The notes under the pieces: generated by a model
Databases searched by the model: none
The model's input: only the letters and a program-made list of their open reading frames with translations
Told to the model about the DNA's origin: nothing
Part shown: positions 26,140 through 39,914 of the stretch, piece by piece
Numbering within the stretch: the first letter of the stretch is position 1
Layout of the letters: the number at the start of each line of letters is the position of its first letter
Program-made: the position numbers and the translations under genes
From: Octopus vulgaris
Taxonomy: Eukaryota
Length of the DNA stretch: 64,000 bases
Assembly: GCA_951406725.2 (NCBI GenBank)
Contig: OX597828.1
Span: 28,396,001 to 28,460,000 of the forward strand
Direction: 5' to 3'

Positions 26140-26355
26140 TTACCATGATTGATTGCTAGCCACTAAACCTTTGTTCTGTGTTCCTTTCTGTTGAAGAGCA
26201 TAGACTTAAAACGTAAAACACTTTCTCACTTCCTGAGCATGTGTGTAAAGATGGGTGTGTAAACAACAAACAGATGTATTAGTTTAATATATCTGTTTGT
26301 TATTTACACACCGTATTCGGCATCTTTTGTTTTGTATTTTTGTAAATTCCAACAA
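26140..26355 (+). mobile_element. Short HHR-bearing Penelope-like remnant (CUGUYGA-core family)
   Basis: Homologous to the reverse complement of 47739-47926; motif UUU CUGUUGA A GAGC AUAG ACUU AAAA CG UA AAA at 26185-26218; internal inverted duplication at 26254-26312. Confidence 0.6.
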
Positions 26356-26457
26356 TATATATATATATATACATATATCCATCTAAGAATCCATAAGTGA
26401 GAAAAAGATTTGCATTCATGTATTTGGGAATAGAGTGGGTGTATTAATCAGAATCAT

Positions 26458-26549
26458 ATTATAGATCCATTTCAACTGATCTTACCAATTGGTGCCACTG
26501 ACTGGTAAACAAAACCAATGGGTAAGATCAGCTGAAATGGGTCTATAAT
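26458..26549. repeat. 36-bp-arm inverted repeat
   Basis: ATTATAGATCCATTTCAACTGATCTTACCAATTGGT versus ACCAATGGGTAAGATCAGCTGAAATGGGTCTATAAT (3 mismatches). Confidence 0.85.
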
Positions 26550-26964
26550 GCTGTATGTTTTCATTTATATATCCACCGTATTGACAAATATATGAGTGCA
26601 TATTTTTTCTGACTTGCATTCATTCCTAACAGCATACATTGGTTGCTTTTTGCTTTTTCCATGGCACCAGCACTGAGATGCCCTTCATGTTAGTAGGGTA
26701 GAGAGAGATGTGCCATTATCCTCTTTTCTCATCTCTTAGTATAATGCCACTTCCCACTCTGCTGTAATTGCCCACTCAATCAAAGAAAATCATTGGCGCT
26801 TTAAAGGGACACCAGCTCATGCTGTAAAGTGGTTGGCATTAGGAAGGGCATCCAGCTGTTGGAGGAGCCATGCCAAAGCAGACATGGTACATGGATCCAG
26901 TCAAAATGTCCAACATATGCCAATAGGGAACATGGACGTTAAAGGATGATGATGTGTGTGTGTT

Positions 26965-27183
26965 TATTCTTTCCTACTCTAGGCACAAGGCCCGAAATTT
27001 TGGGGGAGGGGACCAGTTGATTAGATCAACCCCAGTATGCAACTGGTCCTTAATCTATAAACCCTGAAAGGATGAAAGGCAAAGTCGACCTTGGCGGAAT
27101 TTAAATTCAGTACATAAAGACAGATGAAATACTGCTAAGCATTTTGTCTGGTGTGCTAATGTTCCTTCCAGTTCACCAGCTTG
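26965..27183 (-). mobile_element. SINE family S2
   Basis: Full-length reverse complement of S2. Confidence 0.8.
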
Positions 27184-27958
27184 AGTAAGAAAAATAATAA
27201 TAAAGAAATGAGTACATTCCATGTTTACTCAAAAATGGGAGCAAAAACACCTTCAGTGTTGGAGAAGAATTACAGTGCAAGTACCCTGAGAATGAAATTG
27301 TCTTGTGCCTCCCAAAGGAACCTAGACTGACCTGCCTAAACAGAGGCTTGAAGGAGAAGCATATATATATGTGTGTGTGTGTATACAAATGTATGGATGT
27401 ATACGCATATATTAACGCATGTGTATTAATGTACGGATGTGTGATTTATTGTATTTGTATATGTATATCTGTCTATACATACACACACACATGCATGCAC
27501 ACATATTTATGTGTATGTGCGTGTGTTTGTCTTTTACACTTTTACTGGTTCCAACCAGAATGCTACCGATGTAAACTTTCTCCTTCTCTTGGTCAGGGGC
27601 AACAAACAACAAAAGCCTTGCACAGAACCAAAATCAGATTCATTTGTTCATCGTGCTTTCTGCAAAACATCCTGCAGTCATTTCCATGTTGTTACCATCT
27701 TTATTAATACGCGCATGAAACCAGGTGTCACCATTAATTATAATTCCCAGAACTTACACACAGTTTGATGCTTAGGCTTACAATCATTCCTGGCATTATG
27801 TTATGTATACGGCTTATGTGATGGGTTGCAGATCTAATAGCAGAATAGGCTTACTTGAAACTTTCCAGCAGCAAATTTGATCTTACCATTTTGGTAGTAG
27901 TATATGAATATATATGTCTGTGTGTACATCTATATGTTTATATACATATATGCATTCA

Positions 27959-28016
<58 letters not shown>

Positions 28017-28055
28017 TATATATGATTGTGTGTGTGTGTATGTATATATATCTAC

Positions 28056-28087
<32 letters not shown>

Positions 28088-28228
28088 TTGTGTGTCTGTG
28101 TGTGTCTGTATGTATGCATGTCTACGTGTGTGTTCATACACATACAAACACACACACATAAATATATGTATGTATATGTGTAAATGTACATGATGTGTAC
28201 TTATTGGTGTATGTTTTGCTAAACGTTA

Positions 28229-28460
28229 TAAGCGGCGAGCTGGCAGAATCGTTAGCACGCCAGGCGAAATGCGTAGCCGTATTTCATCTGCTGTTACATT
28301 CTGAGTTCAAATTCCGCCAAGGTTGACTTTGCCTTTCATCCTTTCGGGGTCGATAAATTAAGTACCAGTTACACACTGGGGTCGATAATCGACTTAATCT
28401 GTTTCCCTGACCTTGTTTATACTCTCTATGTTTAGCCCCTTATGGGTAATAAAGAAACAG
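28229..28460 (+). mobile_element. SINE family S2 (alternative 3' tail)
   Basis: S2 head and GCCTTTCATCCTTTCGGGGTCGATAAATTAAGTACC central domain. Confidence 0.8.
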
Positions 28461-28726
28461 TTATAAGTATTTTCCAGAGGCACTAGACATCAGGAGAGCT
28501 TTAAAAAATTGTTAAGATCATACAAAACATTTTCACTGTTAAAACCTTATACAATCCATTTTTAGAGTAAAATTTATAAATTATTTAGGTGCCTACCAGA
28601 CAATGCAGTCACATGGTCCTGGGTTCAGTCTCGCCTTAGGGAAGTATCTTCCACTATAACTCCAGACTGACTAAAGTCCTGTGAGTGGATATGGTAGATG
28701 GAAACTGAAAAAAGCTCATTGTATCT

Positions 28727-29060
28727 TCATCATCATCGTTTAACGTCTGTTTTCCATGCTGGCATGGGTTGGACAGTTTGACTGAGGACTGGCAAGCCAG
28801 ATGGCTGCAACAGGTTCCAATCTAATGCCAACCACTCCGAGAGTGTTGTGGGTGCTTTTATGTGCCACCAGTACGAGGACCAGTCAGGCGGTACTGGCAA
28901 CAGCCTCACTCAAATGGTGACTTTTATTTGCCATCTGCACAGGAGCCAGTCCAGCGGCACTGGCTCAAATGGTGTTTTCTATGTGCCACCTGCACAGGGG
29001 CCAGTCCATTGGCACTGGCTCAAATGGTGTTTTTTATGTGCCACCTGCACAGGAGCCAAT
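28727..29060 (-). mobile_element. SINE-like family S3 with four internal units
   Basis: (CAT)n-CGTTTAACGT end and four TTTTATGTGCCACC-like units. Confidence 0.75.
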
Positions 29061-29733
29061 CCAGGTATATATTTATGTCATTATGGCTTTATGTTTATGT
29101 CTGGCAGCCAGTGGCAGCAAAGAAGAAACAGATTGAATTAGTACCATACTTTAAAACATAAGTCCTGGGGTCAGTTTGTTCCACTAAATTCCTCAAAGCA
29201 CAGCTAAAGCATGGTTGCAGTCCAATGACTGAAGCAAGTAAAAGATAAAAAGTGATAAATTTTCATTAATTCTAAAAGTTCATTAATAAGACCCTCTTCC
29301 TCTGCTCACTTCTTTGTTTTTGTACTTACTCCTGGGCAGATGAAAACATTACATTTTGTCATGTGATTGAATGCAAATATCATGTGTTCTGTGAATGGTA
29401 CTAAACAGTTGTATGTGGGATGGCTTGAGTTACATTTTTGGAGCACCAATCAAATGTTGATGTACTGTTCACTATCATACTTCGATGTCCTTCTCAATAT
29501 TTTTCCTTATATATTGTCATGCTACTTTCTTATTTCAGTAGTTTGAACAATCAGAAGTATAAAACACAGCTTCAGCTTCTAATAAAATATATACACTATG
29601 TTTTATATATTTTCCTTACTTTAGGAAATTTTCCACAACCCAAACATGACTTAAGTGTGCATCAATCTACATAACAGTCTATCTTTTTATCTATCTATAT
29701 GTTTGTCTCTCTATTTCTCTCTTCCTTTTCTTC

Positions 29734-29788
<55 letters not shown>

Positions 29789-29959
29789 ATTTATAAATAT
29801 ATATAATGCATAAATAGTGTGTGTGTGCAAATATATATATTTTTTATTTATATATATATATATATAGCTTCTACAGATTTGTGTACACATGAACACACAC
29901 ACACATATATATATTGTATGTATAGACATACATTTATATGTGTGTAGATGTTAACATGT

Positions 29960-29993
<34 letters not shown>

Positions 29994-30827
29994 GCATACA
30001 TATATGTACATGTATATTCATACACACACTCACATCACCATAAATGCCTTTAATAAATGTATATATATTAGAATTTTGTTAAATCTGTGTTTCATATTAA
30101 TTTTAATGACAGCATCGGTATAACAGTCTACCAAAAAAATATATGAAACTTGTATAAAATTTGGTCAGTAGCATATAAAATCTCTCTAGATATATATGCA
30201 TTTCTTTGGAATATTTCAGATCAAAAATATGCCATCATTTTACTGTCGGTGTTGAGCATCTCTGCCAATCCTCTGTTTTTACTGAATTGCAATTCTAAAC
30301 ACAGCAAAATTTTTGGATGGCAAGGTAGAGGTGAGACCCACAATTTAAGAATAGAATTTACAGAGGAGACACTTGTCTTTCTCAGTATTAGCTTTGTACC
30401 TCATCCAGCAAATCCACTTACGAATGCTTTGTATGTTGAAAGTGTATCCTTAGCGTAGATGGAGAGAGAGAGACATTTAGCTACTCAAGAAGCTTTTTGT
30501 AATAGGCTAATGGCAGATGAGTCTAGTTTATCAACAGTGCGAGGGGTGAGTTGATATCATGAAGGCCAGTAGGGACCTGCCATTTCAATATTTATTTACA
30601 TTTATCTGTGTATGTATGTATATATATATATATATATATAAATGAATAAATACACATTAAGAACAGGACACCACCTACGAGTGAAAAATGCATAAACACA
30701 CAACAAGAGATAAGTAGAGGACAAAATGCCACAGGAAGTCTAACCCCTCGTCAGTTTTTGATTGTGATATTACTCCCTATTTCGTGCTTTTAACAACAAG
30801 ACATATATACCCACACACACACACACC

Positions 30828-30886
<59 letters not shown>

Positions 30887-30990
30887 GTGTATGTATATGT
30901 ATATATACAATATACATATATGTAAATACCTCCATACATATATATATGTGTGTGTGTGTACCTATATATATATATATATATATATATATA

Positions 30991-31200
30991 ATGGTCAACT
31001 TTACCTATCATCTCCCCTGCAATCAAGTACTGAGGTTGATGGTAGACATGGAAAATTGCTGGCCAAATTAGAAACCATTTTCAATATCAGAAGGAGACAC
31101 GTGGGATGGAAAGTCACTGAAGAGGTCACAAGTTGTGTGACGAAAGATTTCTGGATAATGGACATAAAATAAAAACAATAATGAACAAATAAAGAACTAA
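30991..31200 (+). mobile_element. Probable Penelope-like element 3' end with hammerhead motif
   Basis: Starts at a (TA)n tract; HHR UCA CUGAAGA G GUCAC-AAGUUGU-GUGAC GAAA GAUU UC UGG at 31114-31154; upstream peptide [17 protein letters not shown] is reminiscent of a GIY-YIG C-terminal helix. Confidence 0.55.
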
Positions 31201-31286
31201 TATAATAAAAATGACCATCCCGAAATATAACAATATTATCATTATCATTGCTATTATTATTATTGTTATTGTCGTCGTCGTCGTGG

Positions 31287-31345
<59 letters not shown>

Positions 31346-31347
<2 letters not shown>

Positions 31348-31523
31348 GGCAGTAAGAAGAATCATGTTGGAAAATTTTCTCTATGCCATTTCTTCCAGTT
31401 TTTTTACATTCTGATTTCAAATTCTGCCAGAGTTGACTTTGCCTTTCATCTTTTCAAATTAAATGCCATGAATTATCCCCCACCACACACAAATTTCAGG
31501 CTAAGTAGAAATAATTATCGTTA

Positions 31524-31578
<55 letters not shown>

Positions 31579-32090
31579 GACAGTCAGCTGGCGGAATTGT
31601 TAGCATGCCAGGCAAAATGCTTTGTGGTATTTCATCCATTGTTACATTTCTAAGTTCAAATTCTGCCTTTCGGAGTCGATAGAATAAGTACCAGCTAAAT
31701 ACTGGAGGTGGATGTACATAGCCTAGTGGTTAGAGCAGCGGACTCGCAATCAAGGGATTGTGGGTTCGAATCTCAGATTGAGCGATGTGTGTGATTATGA
31801 GTGAAAAATCAAAGCTCCACATGGCTCCAGCAGAAGGTAATGGCAAACCTCTGTGGACTCTTTCACCACAACTTCCTCCGACTCTTTCCTCCTGTGACTA
31901 GCAGCTCACCTGTGACAGACCGGCGTCCTGTCCAGGTGGGGAACCTATACACCAATGAAACCAGAAAACCAGTCCTTATGAGCCAGGCATGGCTCAAGAA
32001 GGAACAAACAGCAACAACACATACTGGGGTCGATGCAATTGCCTATCCCCTTTCCACACTAATTTCAGGCTTTGTACCTTTTCTACAAAG
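31346..32090 (+). mobile_element. Two S2 SINEs in (ATT)n tracts, the second split by an S4-related SINE (about 31712-32018)
   Basis: S2 heads at about 31346 and 31576; the second resumes at ATACTGGGGTCGAT near 32021. Confidence 0.65.
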
Positions 32091-32902
32091 GATTATTATG
32101 ATCATTGTTCAAAAATGGTACTACCAGCAGTAGAAGTTGTAGTAAGGTAGTTTTGTTCTTCCCGTCTACAGGATCTTAAGTCCTTCCATCTTCTTCAACA
32201 TTTTCTAATATCAGCAAGATTCTTAACATCTTGCTTTACTTTCCTTTCATTAAATTTACGTTTTTAACCTTTTTTTTTTGTAAAATTACTTTTATATAAT
32301 TTTGTATGAATTCTGTGCTCTTTTTTTTTATTTTTATCTAACTAAAATGTTTGCCTTTTTTCTTTTTTTATTTACCATTTTTGGCACCACTACTACTTAG
32401 CACTCAGTATTCTTGATAGAACAATTCCATTGTTTTTTAACAATGGTAAATGACAGATATTTTACCCTTCAGCACAAAAACATTCTGAACCTGAAAAGAA
32501 GACCAATCAGTGATGCAATATACAAAGGGAAACACACACACACACACACACACATACACATGCACATGCTACTTTAAAGAAAGTAAAACAAATAAGAGAA
32601 AAGTTTAAAAAGCAAAGAAATATTGAGACAAACAAAGGGACAAGAAAAGGTGTAGAAATTATATATGTGGGTGTTTATGCTTGTGTGTATACAGATACGT
32701 ATTATTTTATTTATTTATATATATATATACACACACATATATATGCATGTATGTAAATCTATTATATATTTATAAATTATATATACATGTATTAAATATG
32801 TATATATATATATTATATATACTATACATATATGTATATCTTTCTATCTATCTATCTATCTATATATATATATATTTGAATGGCTTATATATGTATATGT
32901 AT

Positions 32903-32951
<49 letters not shown>

Positions 32952-32959
32952 GTATACAA

Positions 32960-32997
<38 letters not shown>

Positions 32998-33427
32998 CAT
33001 ACAAATAAATGTATGTATATATATATATATATACATGCATATATGTGCACACGCATGCACACACACACACACACACACACATACACACACACATACACAC
33101 ACACACATAATTGACAATACAATAATATATACATTAGCTGTTTGTCTTTCATGTTTTAGTCAAAACACTTGTGACAACTTTCTGCATATTTTTTTTTTGT
33201 ATACAATTTTATATAAACTTTTCCTTTCCTTTGCTGTATTTTTTTTTCCCTTTATACAATATACAGAATTAAAAGTTTCTAACTAACTTTATTCTGAAAG
33301 AGAAACATAGTTCAATTTCAGTCAGAAACTCAAGGTTTGTCTTTACTTTGTTTTAGGAACTTGTTTTTTTTTTTTGTTTGTTGTTGTTGTTTCTATTAAA
33401 TCAGAGGTTATCATTACAACATGGTGT

Positions 33428-33890
33428 TAAGGCAGCGAGATGGTAGAATCACTGGCGTGCTGAGCAAAATGCTTCATGGCATTTTGTCCATCTTTTCATT
33501 TCGAGTTCAAATTCCATTGTAGTCACCTTTGCCTTTCATTCTTTCGAAGTGTATGAAATAAGTACCAGTTTCATACTGGGGTTTGACTGATTTAGCCCCT
33601 TCCTCAAAACTGCTGACTTTGTGCCAAAATCTGAAATCATTATTAGAGCATGGAGTAAGGTGGTGAGCTAGCAGAACCGTTAGCACACTGGACAATGCTT
33701 AGTTAGCACAATGCTTAGTGGTATTTCACTTGTCACTACGTCCTGAGTTCAAATTCCACCAAGGTCAACTTTGCCTTTCATCCTTTCGGGATTGATAAAT
33801 TAGGTACCAGGGAAACACTGGAGTCAATGTAATCAACAATCCCCCTCCTCACAAAATCCAGGCCTTGTGCCTATAGTAAAAAGGGTTATT
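33428..33890 (+). mobile_element. Two tandem S2 SINEs
   Basis: Heads at about 33429 and 33657; both end ...ATTATTAGAGCATGG. Confidence 0.75.
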
Positions 33891-34409
33891 AGAGCATGGG
33901 GTGTAAATACATTGTAGTATTTACTTGCAACCCATTTCCTGATTCTATAATATATATATTTGATTGATTGATTGATTGATTGATTGATAGAGAGAGAGAG
34001 TGATAGTTATAGGTACACATGTGTGACCTCATATGTGCAAAAGAGGGTGAAAAGATAGTTTCTTAAATACGAAACGAATAAAATAATATTTTCTTGAAGC
34101 AGAAAGACATTACAAACTGTTGCTCAGGATTTCATGCGACCAATCCTCAAACAGTGATAAGTTTTTAGAACAATACAATGTTGTAAATTTCCAAGGGTGG
34201 GAGAGCCAAGAGGGTGTTGATATCAACTAATGATTATATCAGTATCTCAAATAATTAGAGAAGTCAAATTCACTTGCAAGTGACAGCAATGCAATGTGAT
34301 ATTACCGTATTTGATGGCATAAAAGATGCACTCCCTGACCCCCAAAAAAGGCTCACAAAATCCACCCCAGGTCTTATATTTAAATTTGGGCTTCTGTTGC
34401 ATGCTTGAA

Positions 34410-34638
34410 CCCTTAAGCATTCAGATTATTCTGTCAAATGTAATGCTTATTTATTCACACTGTTTTTTTTTAATTAATCATGCATTAACTTGCACCTTTG
34501 GAATTTTGATGATATTATTGTTTATTTTTAGACTTTTATTGTTGGGTAGGTGTGAAAGGCCAGATCTGATCTGACCAGCTTGAACATAAAACAGGGGGAA
34601 TATTTTGACCAGATGTAGCTGATTTAATTGCTAAGTGG
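34410..34638. mobile_element. piggyBac-like MITE, family A
   Basis: Collinear with 50413-50615; ends before TTAA. Confidence 0.65.
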
Positions 34639-35325
34639 TTAATGCACTAAAAAATTATTCTCCCGAAATTGTGGGCTGCATCTAATATGCCCATACATCT
34701 TTTATGCTATCAAATATTGTAAAACTCCAACTGTTGACATTTCATTTATCATTTGGTGGAACTTATAATAATTAGAGCTAATTAACTCTTTTAATCAAGT
34801 TTTTCTGGATATTTGTTGAGAAGATTTTCTGTGAACTGCTTATATTTTACCATGCAAGAATTATTTTACAAAATCTTGAGAATTGAGCAAATTGTTGTCA
34901 TCTGAAGACCTGACTCTCATAACCCTTTTGTTACCATATTTCTGTTGAAATTCACTGCTAGAAACAGCCCACATCCTACACAAGACAATATCAACTCAAA
35001 AGCACAATCCACAAACACAAGAAATATTCTATATAATGAATATCCAATAAGATAAACCCCCACAACATGTACTCTACAGGTCAGATACCCAACAGAAGAA
35101 CACAGCTCACATTACACACACAACACACACTATGACTCAAGTCAAACCCCATAATAGATGCAATACAGTACTGGGAAGAGTCTGTACTCCCCCAACACCA
35201 ACAAAAAGAACACACAATGCTGCACACACCTCAGTAGCATGGAGGTGTAGCAGGTGATGCAGTGGAAATTTGTCTGAAACTTTCAGAAATTCAATAATAA
35301 TAATAATAATAATAATGATAATAAT

Positions 35326-35500
35326 CATCATCATCATCGTCTAACATCCGCTTTCCATGCTAGCATGGGTTGGACGATTTTGACTGAGGGCTGGCGAACC
35401 AGATGGTTACACCAGGCTCCAATCTTGATTTGGCAGAGTTTCTACAGCTGGATGCCCTTCCTAACGCCAACCACTCTGAGAGTAGTGGGTGCTTTTTACG
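35326..35500 (-). mobile_element. SINE-like family S3 (truncated)
   Basis: (CAT)n tail and body through the first internal unit. Confidence 0.75.
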
Positions 35501-35543
35501 TAATAATAATAATAAATAATAATAATAATAATAATAATAATAA

Positions 35544-36160
35544 GTGGATGTTAGAGCCTTACATGAAAAGAATACAAGCACCACCACAATAAAGTATGTA
35601 TATCTTCATTGGCTCTTATGCCCTAAATACCAATATGAAGTAACAGAGAACTGGTATGAGCATGTACCAAGTAAAGTTATGCAGGAGGATGGTAAAGTAA
35701 TGATACTCTGGGACTGTGATTTTCAGATGAATCGTGTAATTGAACACTGTCGGTTGGATATTGTCATTTTGAATATAAGAGACAAACACTGTCAGATCAT
35801 TGATGTAGCCATACCAAATGACATGAATGTTGTGAGTAAAGAGGTTGAAAAAATCACCAAGTACTCCGAATTGAAAGTGGAAATGGCAAGACTGTATGGA
35901 ATGTGAGAGGGTAATGTGAAAGTGATAGCAGTGGTGATTGGAGCATTGGGCTCAATCCCATTGAAACTTCAAAACTTCTTAAGGCAACTGGAAAGCCTAT
36001 GCAAGATTGATGTCTTGCAAAAAGCAGCCTTATTGGGCACAGCACATATCTTAAGGAAAGTATTATCTGTCTGAGGTCCTTGTTGTGACTTGACAAGTGA
36101 CTGAAGACTCCGGTGCATTTTTACCTATGCTGTGTTACGAAGGAATAACAATGATAATAT
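35544..36160 (+). pseudogene. R4/Dong-like LINE 3' fragment (restriction-like endonuclease domain)
   Basis: LHWLLC..WYEH.P..ILWD.DFQ..R.IEH.RLDIVI..C.IIDVAIP.D..KE.EKITKY, then an in-frame stop at 35904-35906, then VVIGALG...LQKAALLGTAHILRKVLSV* ending at 36074; flanked by (AAT)n. Confidence 0.85.
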
Positions 36161-36164
36161 TGTG

Positions 36165-36451
36165 GGTCCCTAAGTATGAAAAAAAAGGATGTCAGAAACA
36201 AGATCCCAGGAGAACTATATCTCACAGAAGCCTAAAAGATTGTGCTGACAAGTACTGCCCACATCCTTATAAAAACCCTATCAATTTAAATATATGTGTT
36301 GTTTTACATGAAGATACTTTGCTGTTGCCCCTGTCACTTCTTCCCCTCCTCAAGCTTTCTGTCATACTGTAACATCTCTTATCCATCACTCACCTTAGGA
36401 TGCTGGGTGTGTCTCGGCCAGTGATTGTAACAAACATGCTGATTAAAAGTA

Positions 36452-36498
<47 letters not shown>
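36165..36498 (+). pseudogene. Second, different R4/Dong-like 3' end with (AAT)n tail
   Basis: Reads IPGELYLTEA*KIVLTSTAHILIKTLSI*, similar to the LQK..L.GTAHILRK motif of the preceding element, then a UTR and (AAT)n. Confidence 0.6.
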
Positions 36499-36499
<1 letters not shown>

Positions 36500-38161
36500 T
36501 CCCTGATATTCTTTTTGCAGCTTTGTTACCCATTTGGCCTACATTCCTGGTACTGAAGCCATTATATCTGCAAGTGGTGTAAGTATTTAAACTTTTTGTT
36601 TTTTTTGTTTTTTTACTCTTTCTACAAGTTAATTAACTTGTTACCACAATCACCTTTTGACTGAAGGCCACCTGGTCATAACGAATTTTCAGGGAAATCA
36701 GTAATTCACTCTGCTCAATGACTAGGAAATATTTCATTGCTTATCTCTGCTTTGGAAGTTCAATCCTTGTTGAATACAACTTTGTCTTAATTCTTCCAAT
36801 AAAATAATTATCAGTAAGAGAATTACGTGTGTGTGTGGGGGGGGGAGTGCAATTTAACTAAATATATTCTCCTTCCAGTCCTCTTCATTTACAAAGAAAT
36901 CCATTTGAGAAGGACATAAATGTAGGGGAGAGAATGAGAAGGGCTTAGCTAGCATACAAGGGAACGGGGGGAAGAGTCAGCAAAAATTTTCCCCATTTTG
37001 CTGAAAAATTTTCTTTTGTTTTTCTTTATTTGTTTTGTTTCTTTTTGTTAGTTTTTGTTTTTGTATCCTTTTTTTCATTAAAGTAATTCACAGCTTCAAT
37101 CACTTTGAGGCAAAAATCAAAGACAAACAGAACATTTAATATCAAATGCTTTGCAGCCACCAATTCCATCTCTCTCTCTCGCTCCCTCTGCCCCCCCTCC
37201 TGCCCCCTCCTGCCCCCCTCCTGCTCCCCCGCACCCTCCCCAATGACTATTCACAGTGGTCATAGTTTAATTCTGAATAAGTATTTCAAAGTAACATTTA
37301 TTTATGGTTTGTTTGCGACTTTGATTGACTGTGTGTTATATCATTATGAAGGAAATCTTAACTTTAATCCAAACTCTTCAGAATTACAGCCAACGATTCC
37401 AAGCCCATGTTTTGTTTACCGAAACTTTTAACCAACAACACATGAAAAATCAACGCAGTCACACTGTGTGCTTCCTCGAGACTTCATTATGGTTTTCATT
37501 TTTCCTTTTCTCTTCTTTTCTTTCTTCTCAAGCTTCCTCTTCCTCTCCTTCTTCTTTATCTCCTTCTCTTCCTTTTCATTCCTTATCTGCCAAAATTTAT
37601 TCCTAAAGAATAGAAAAACGGTTGCGGCTGCTTTAGAATGGATGTTATTACTTGTGAGGAGGTCGGGATGTTCCTGTGGCTCTGCAGCTTAAACAGCATG
37701 GCTCCAGGCAGGGCAAACTTTTAGATATGCAGTGAAGTGCTAGCAATAGAGGAGATGATGATGATGGCGATGAGGATGATGAGGATGATGGTGGTGGTGG
37801 TAGGGGAGACAGGAACATAGAAAGGAAGGGTCAGGGTTAGTGAGGGGGTGAGAATTTAATGAAAAAAAGCAAGCTCAGTATTGTTTGGTTGGTAAGATAT
37901 TATAGTAGTAATTGTTGTTGCTGTTGTTGTTGTTGTTGGCTACTACAAAGTGTAAATGTAATTGGTTTCGCTTAATGTGTCAGAGAGTATTGTTGCATAT
38001 CGCAGTCTGGACAGGCAGACACCAGTATGACGTTGGCCGAGTAACTTCTTTTAATGTACGTCTGTATAGAAGTAGCGAAATTCACTGGAACTGGAAAAAC
38101 TAATGTATTAGATGTTTGTTTATCTCTATTGGTAATATACTTGGCGTGTTACCCTCAATGC

Positions 38162-38192
<31 letters not shown>

Positions 38193-38312
38193 CATGTATG
38201 TATATTATATGTATGCGTGTGTAATTTATACACATTTGTTAGTTAATAAGTAAAATTTGAAATAAAACAATGTGTATTATAATCATGTATATGTGTGTGC
38301 ATGTATAGTACA

Positions 38313-38347
<35 letters not shown>

Positions 38348-38372
38348 GTGTATATATATGTATGTATATATA

Positions 38373-38487
<115 letters not shown>

Positions 38488-39056
38488 GCATGTATGTATG
38501 TATGTGTGTGTGTGTATATATGTGAAATATAAATGTGTGTGTGTATATATGTGGGTTGGGGTTATAACTGTGTGTAGAATATGAAATGAAATGAAAATCT
38601 ATTGATTACCACTCAATATAATCTCTTTTTGCTACACAAAACATTTGTCATTTCAAAAGCTTTGTAAATTTATCTGTAATATCACATGGTTAGGTCCACC
38701 CCCTCCACACACACACACACACTTTTATTTTTAAAAGTTTCTTCAACTGAATTGAATTTTAGGAAGATAATCATATTCATCCTCCTCCCCCTCCTCCTCA
38801 TCATCATCTTCATGTCCAATTTTCCATGCTTGCATGGGTTAGATGTTGAAGCATATTTTCTACAGATGGATGCATCTCCTGCCACCAACATTTATCTGTT
38901 TCTAAAGTAAAATGATATTTCCCTTTGGCCAGATATGTTTCCATGGCAGACTCCACTTGTATGAGAGTCACACTTGTTTACAATTATTGCATGAGTTCAA
39001 AACAAAGAAACTCAAACACACACTCACACACGTATACAAATCTATCTATCTATTTA

Positions 39057-39091
<35 letters not shown>

Positions 39092-39198
39092 GCCTGTCTA
39101 TCTGTCTGTCTGTCTATCTATCTGTCTGTCTATCTATCTATCTGTCTGTCTATCTGTCTGTCTGTCTAATTATCCATTTATCTACATACCTACCTACC

Positions 39199-39241
<43 letters not shown>

Positions 39242-39914
39242 AACTAGCTGTCTGTCTGCCTATCAATCAATCTATCTATCTATCTATATATATATATATC
39301 TATCTATCTATCTATCTATTTATCTATCTATCTATCCATCTGTCTGTCTATCTGTCTAATTGTCCATTTATCTACACACCTACTTACCTACCTATCTATC
39401 TAATCTCTCTCTCTCCCTCTCTCTTGATATGTATATACATATAGATAGATAGCTAGATAGATAAGCAGATGACTAATAGAAAATGGATTGAACAATATTC
39501 TTTATTTAAAATCACTGCAACCATTTCAACCCATTTTTACACTCGTAATGCACAGGTGCAATGACATAATTAACATATTGTGTAATCCCTATCATCCATT
39601 AAAAGAAACAATTGTAGTGATTCTAAACAAAGATTGTCATTCAATCTATTTCCTGTTAGTTGTCTACTTATATAAACTCTACAAATACTATGAAGTTCTT
39701 GATGTATATCCAGTAGCAATAACAATTCTGGTGTATGATACCATCAGGTAACCAATAACTGTGGACAAGCTTTGCATAGCATGCTACAAGGATTTTTTAA
39801 AACTATATATGTATGCATGCCTGTGTGTGTGTGTATGTTTATATATATATTGATAGAAATGGTAAGATAACAAAAGAATGAAAGAGACCTCGATATTATG
39901 TAAATAGAGGAATT

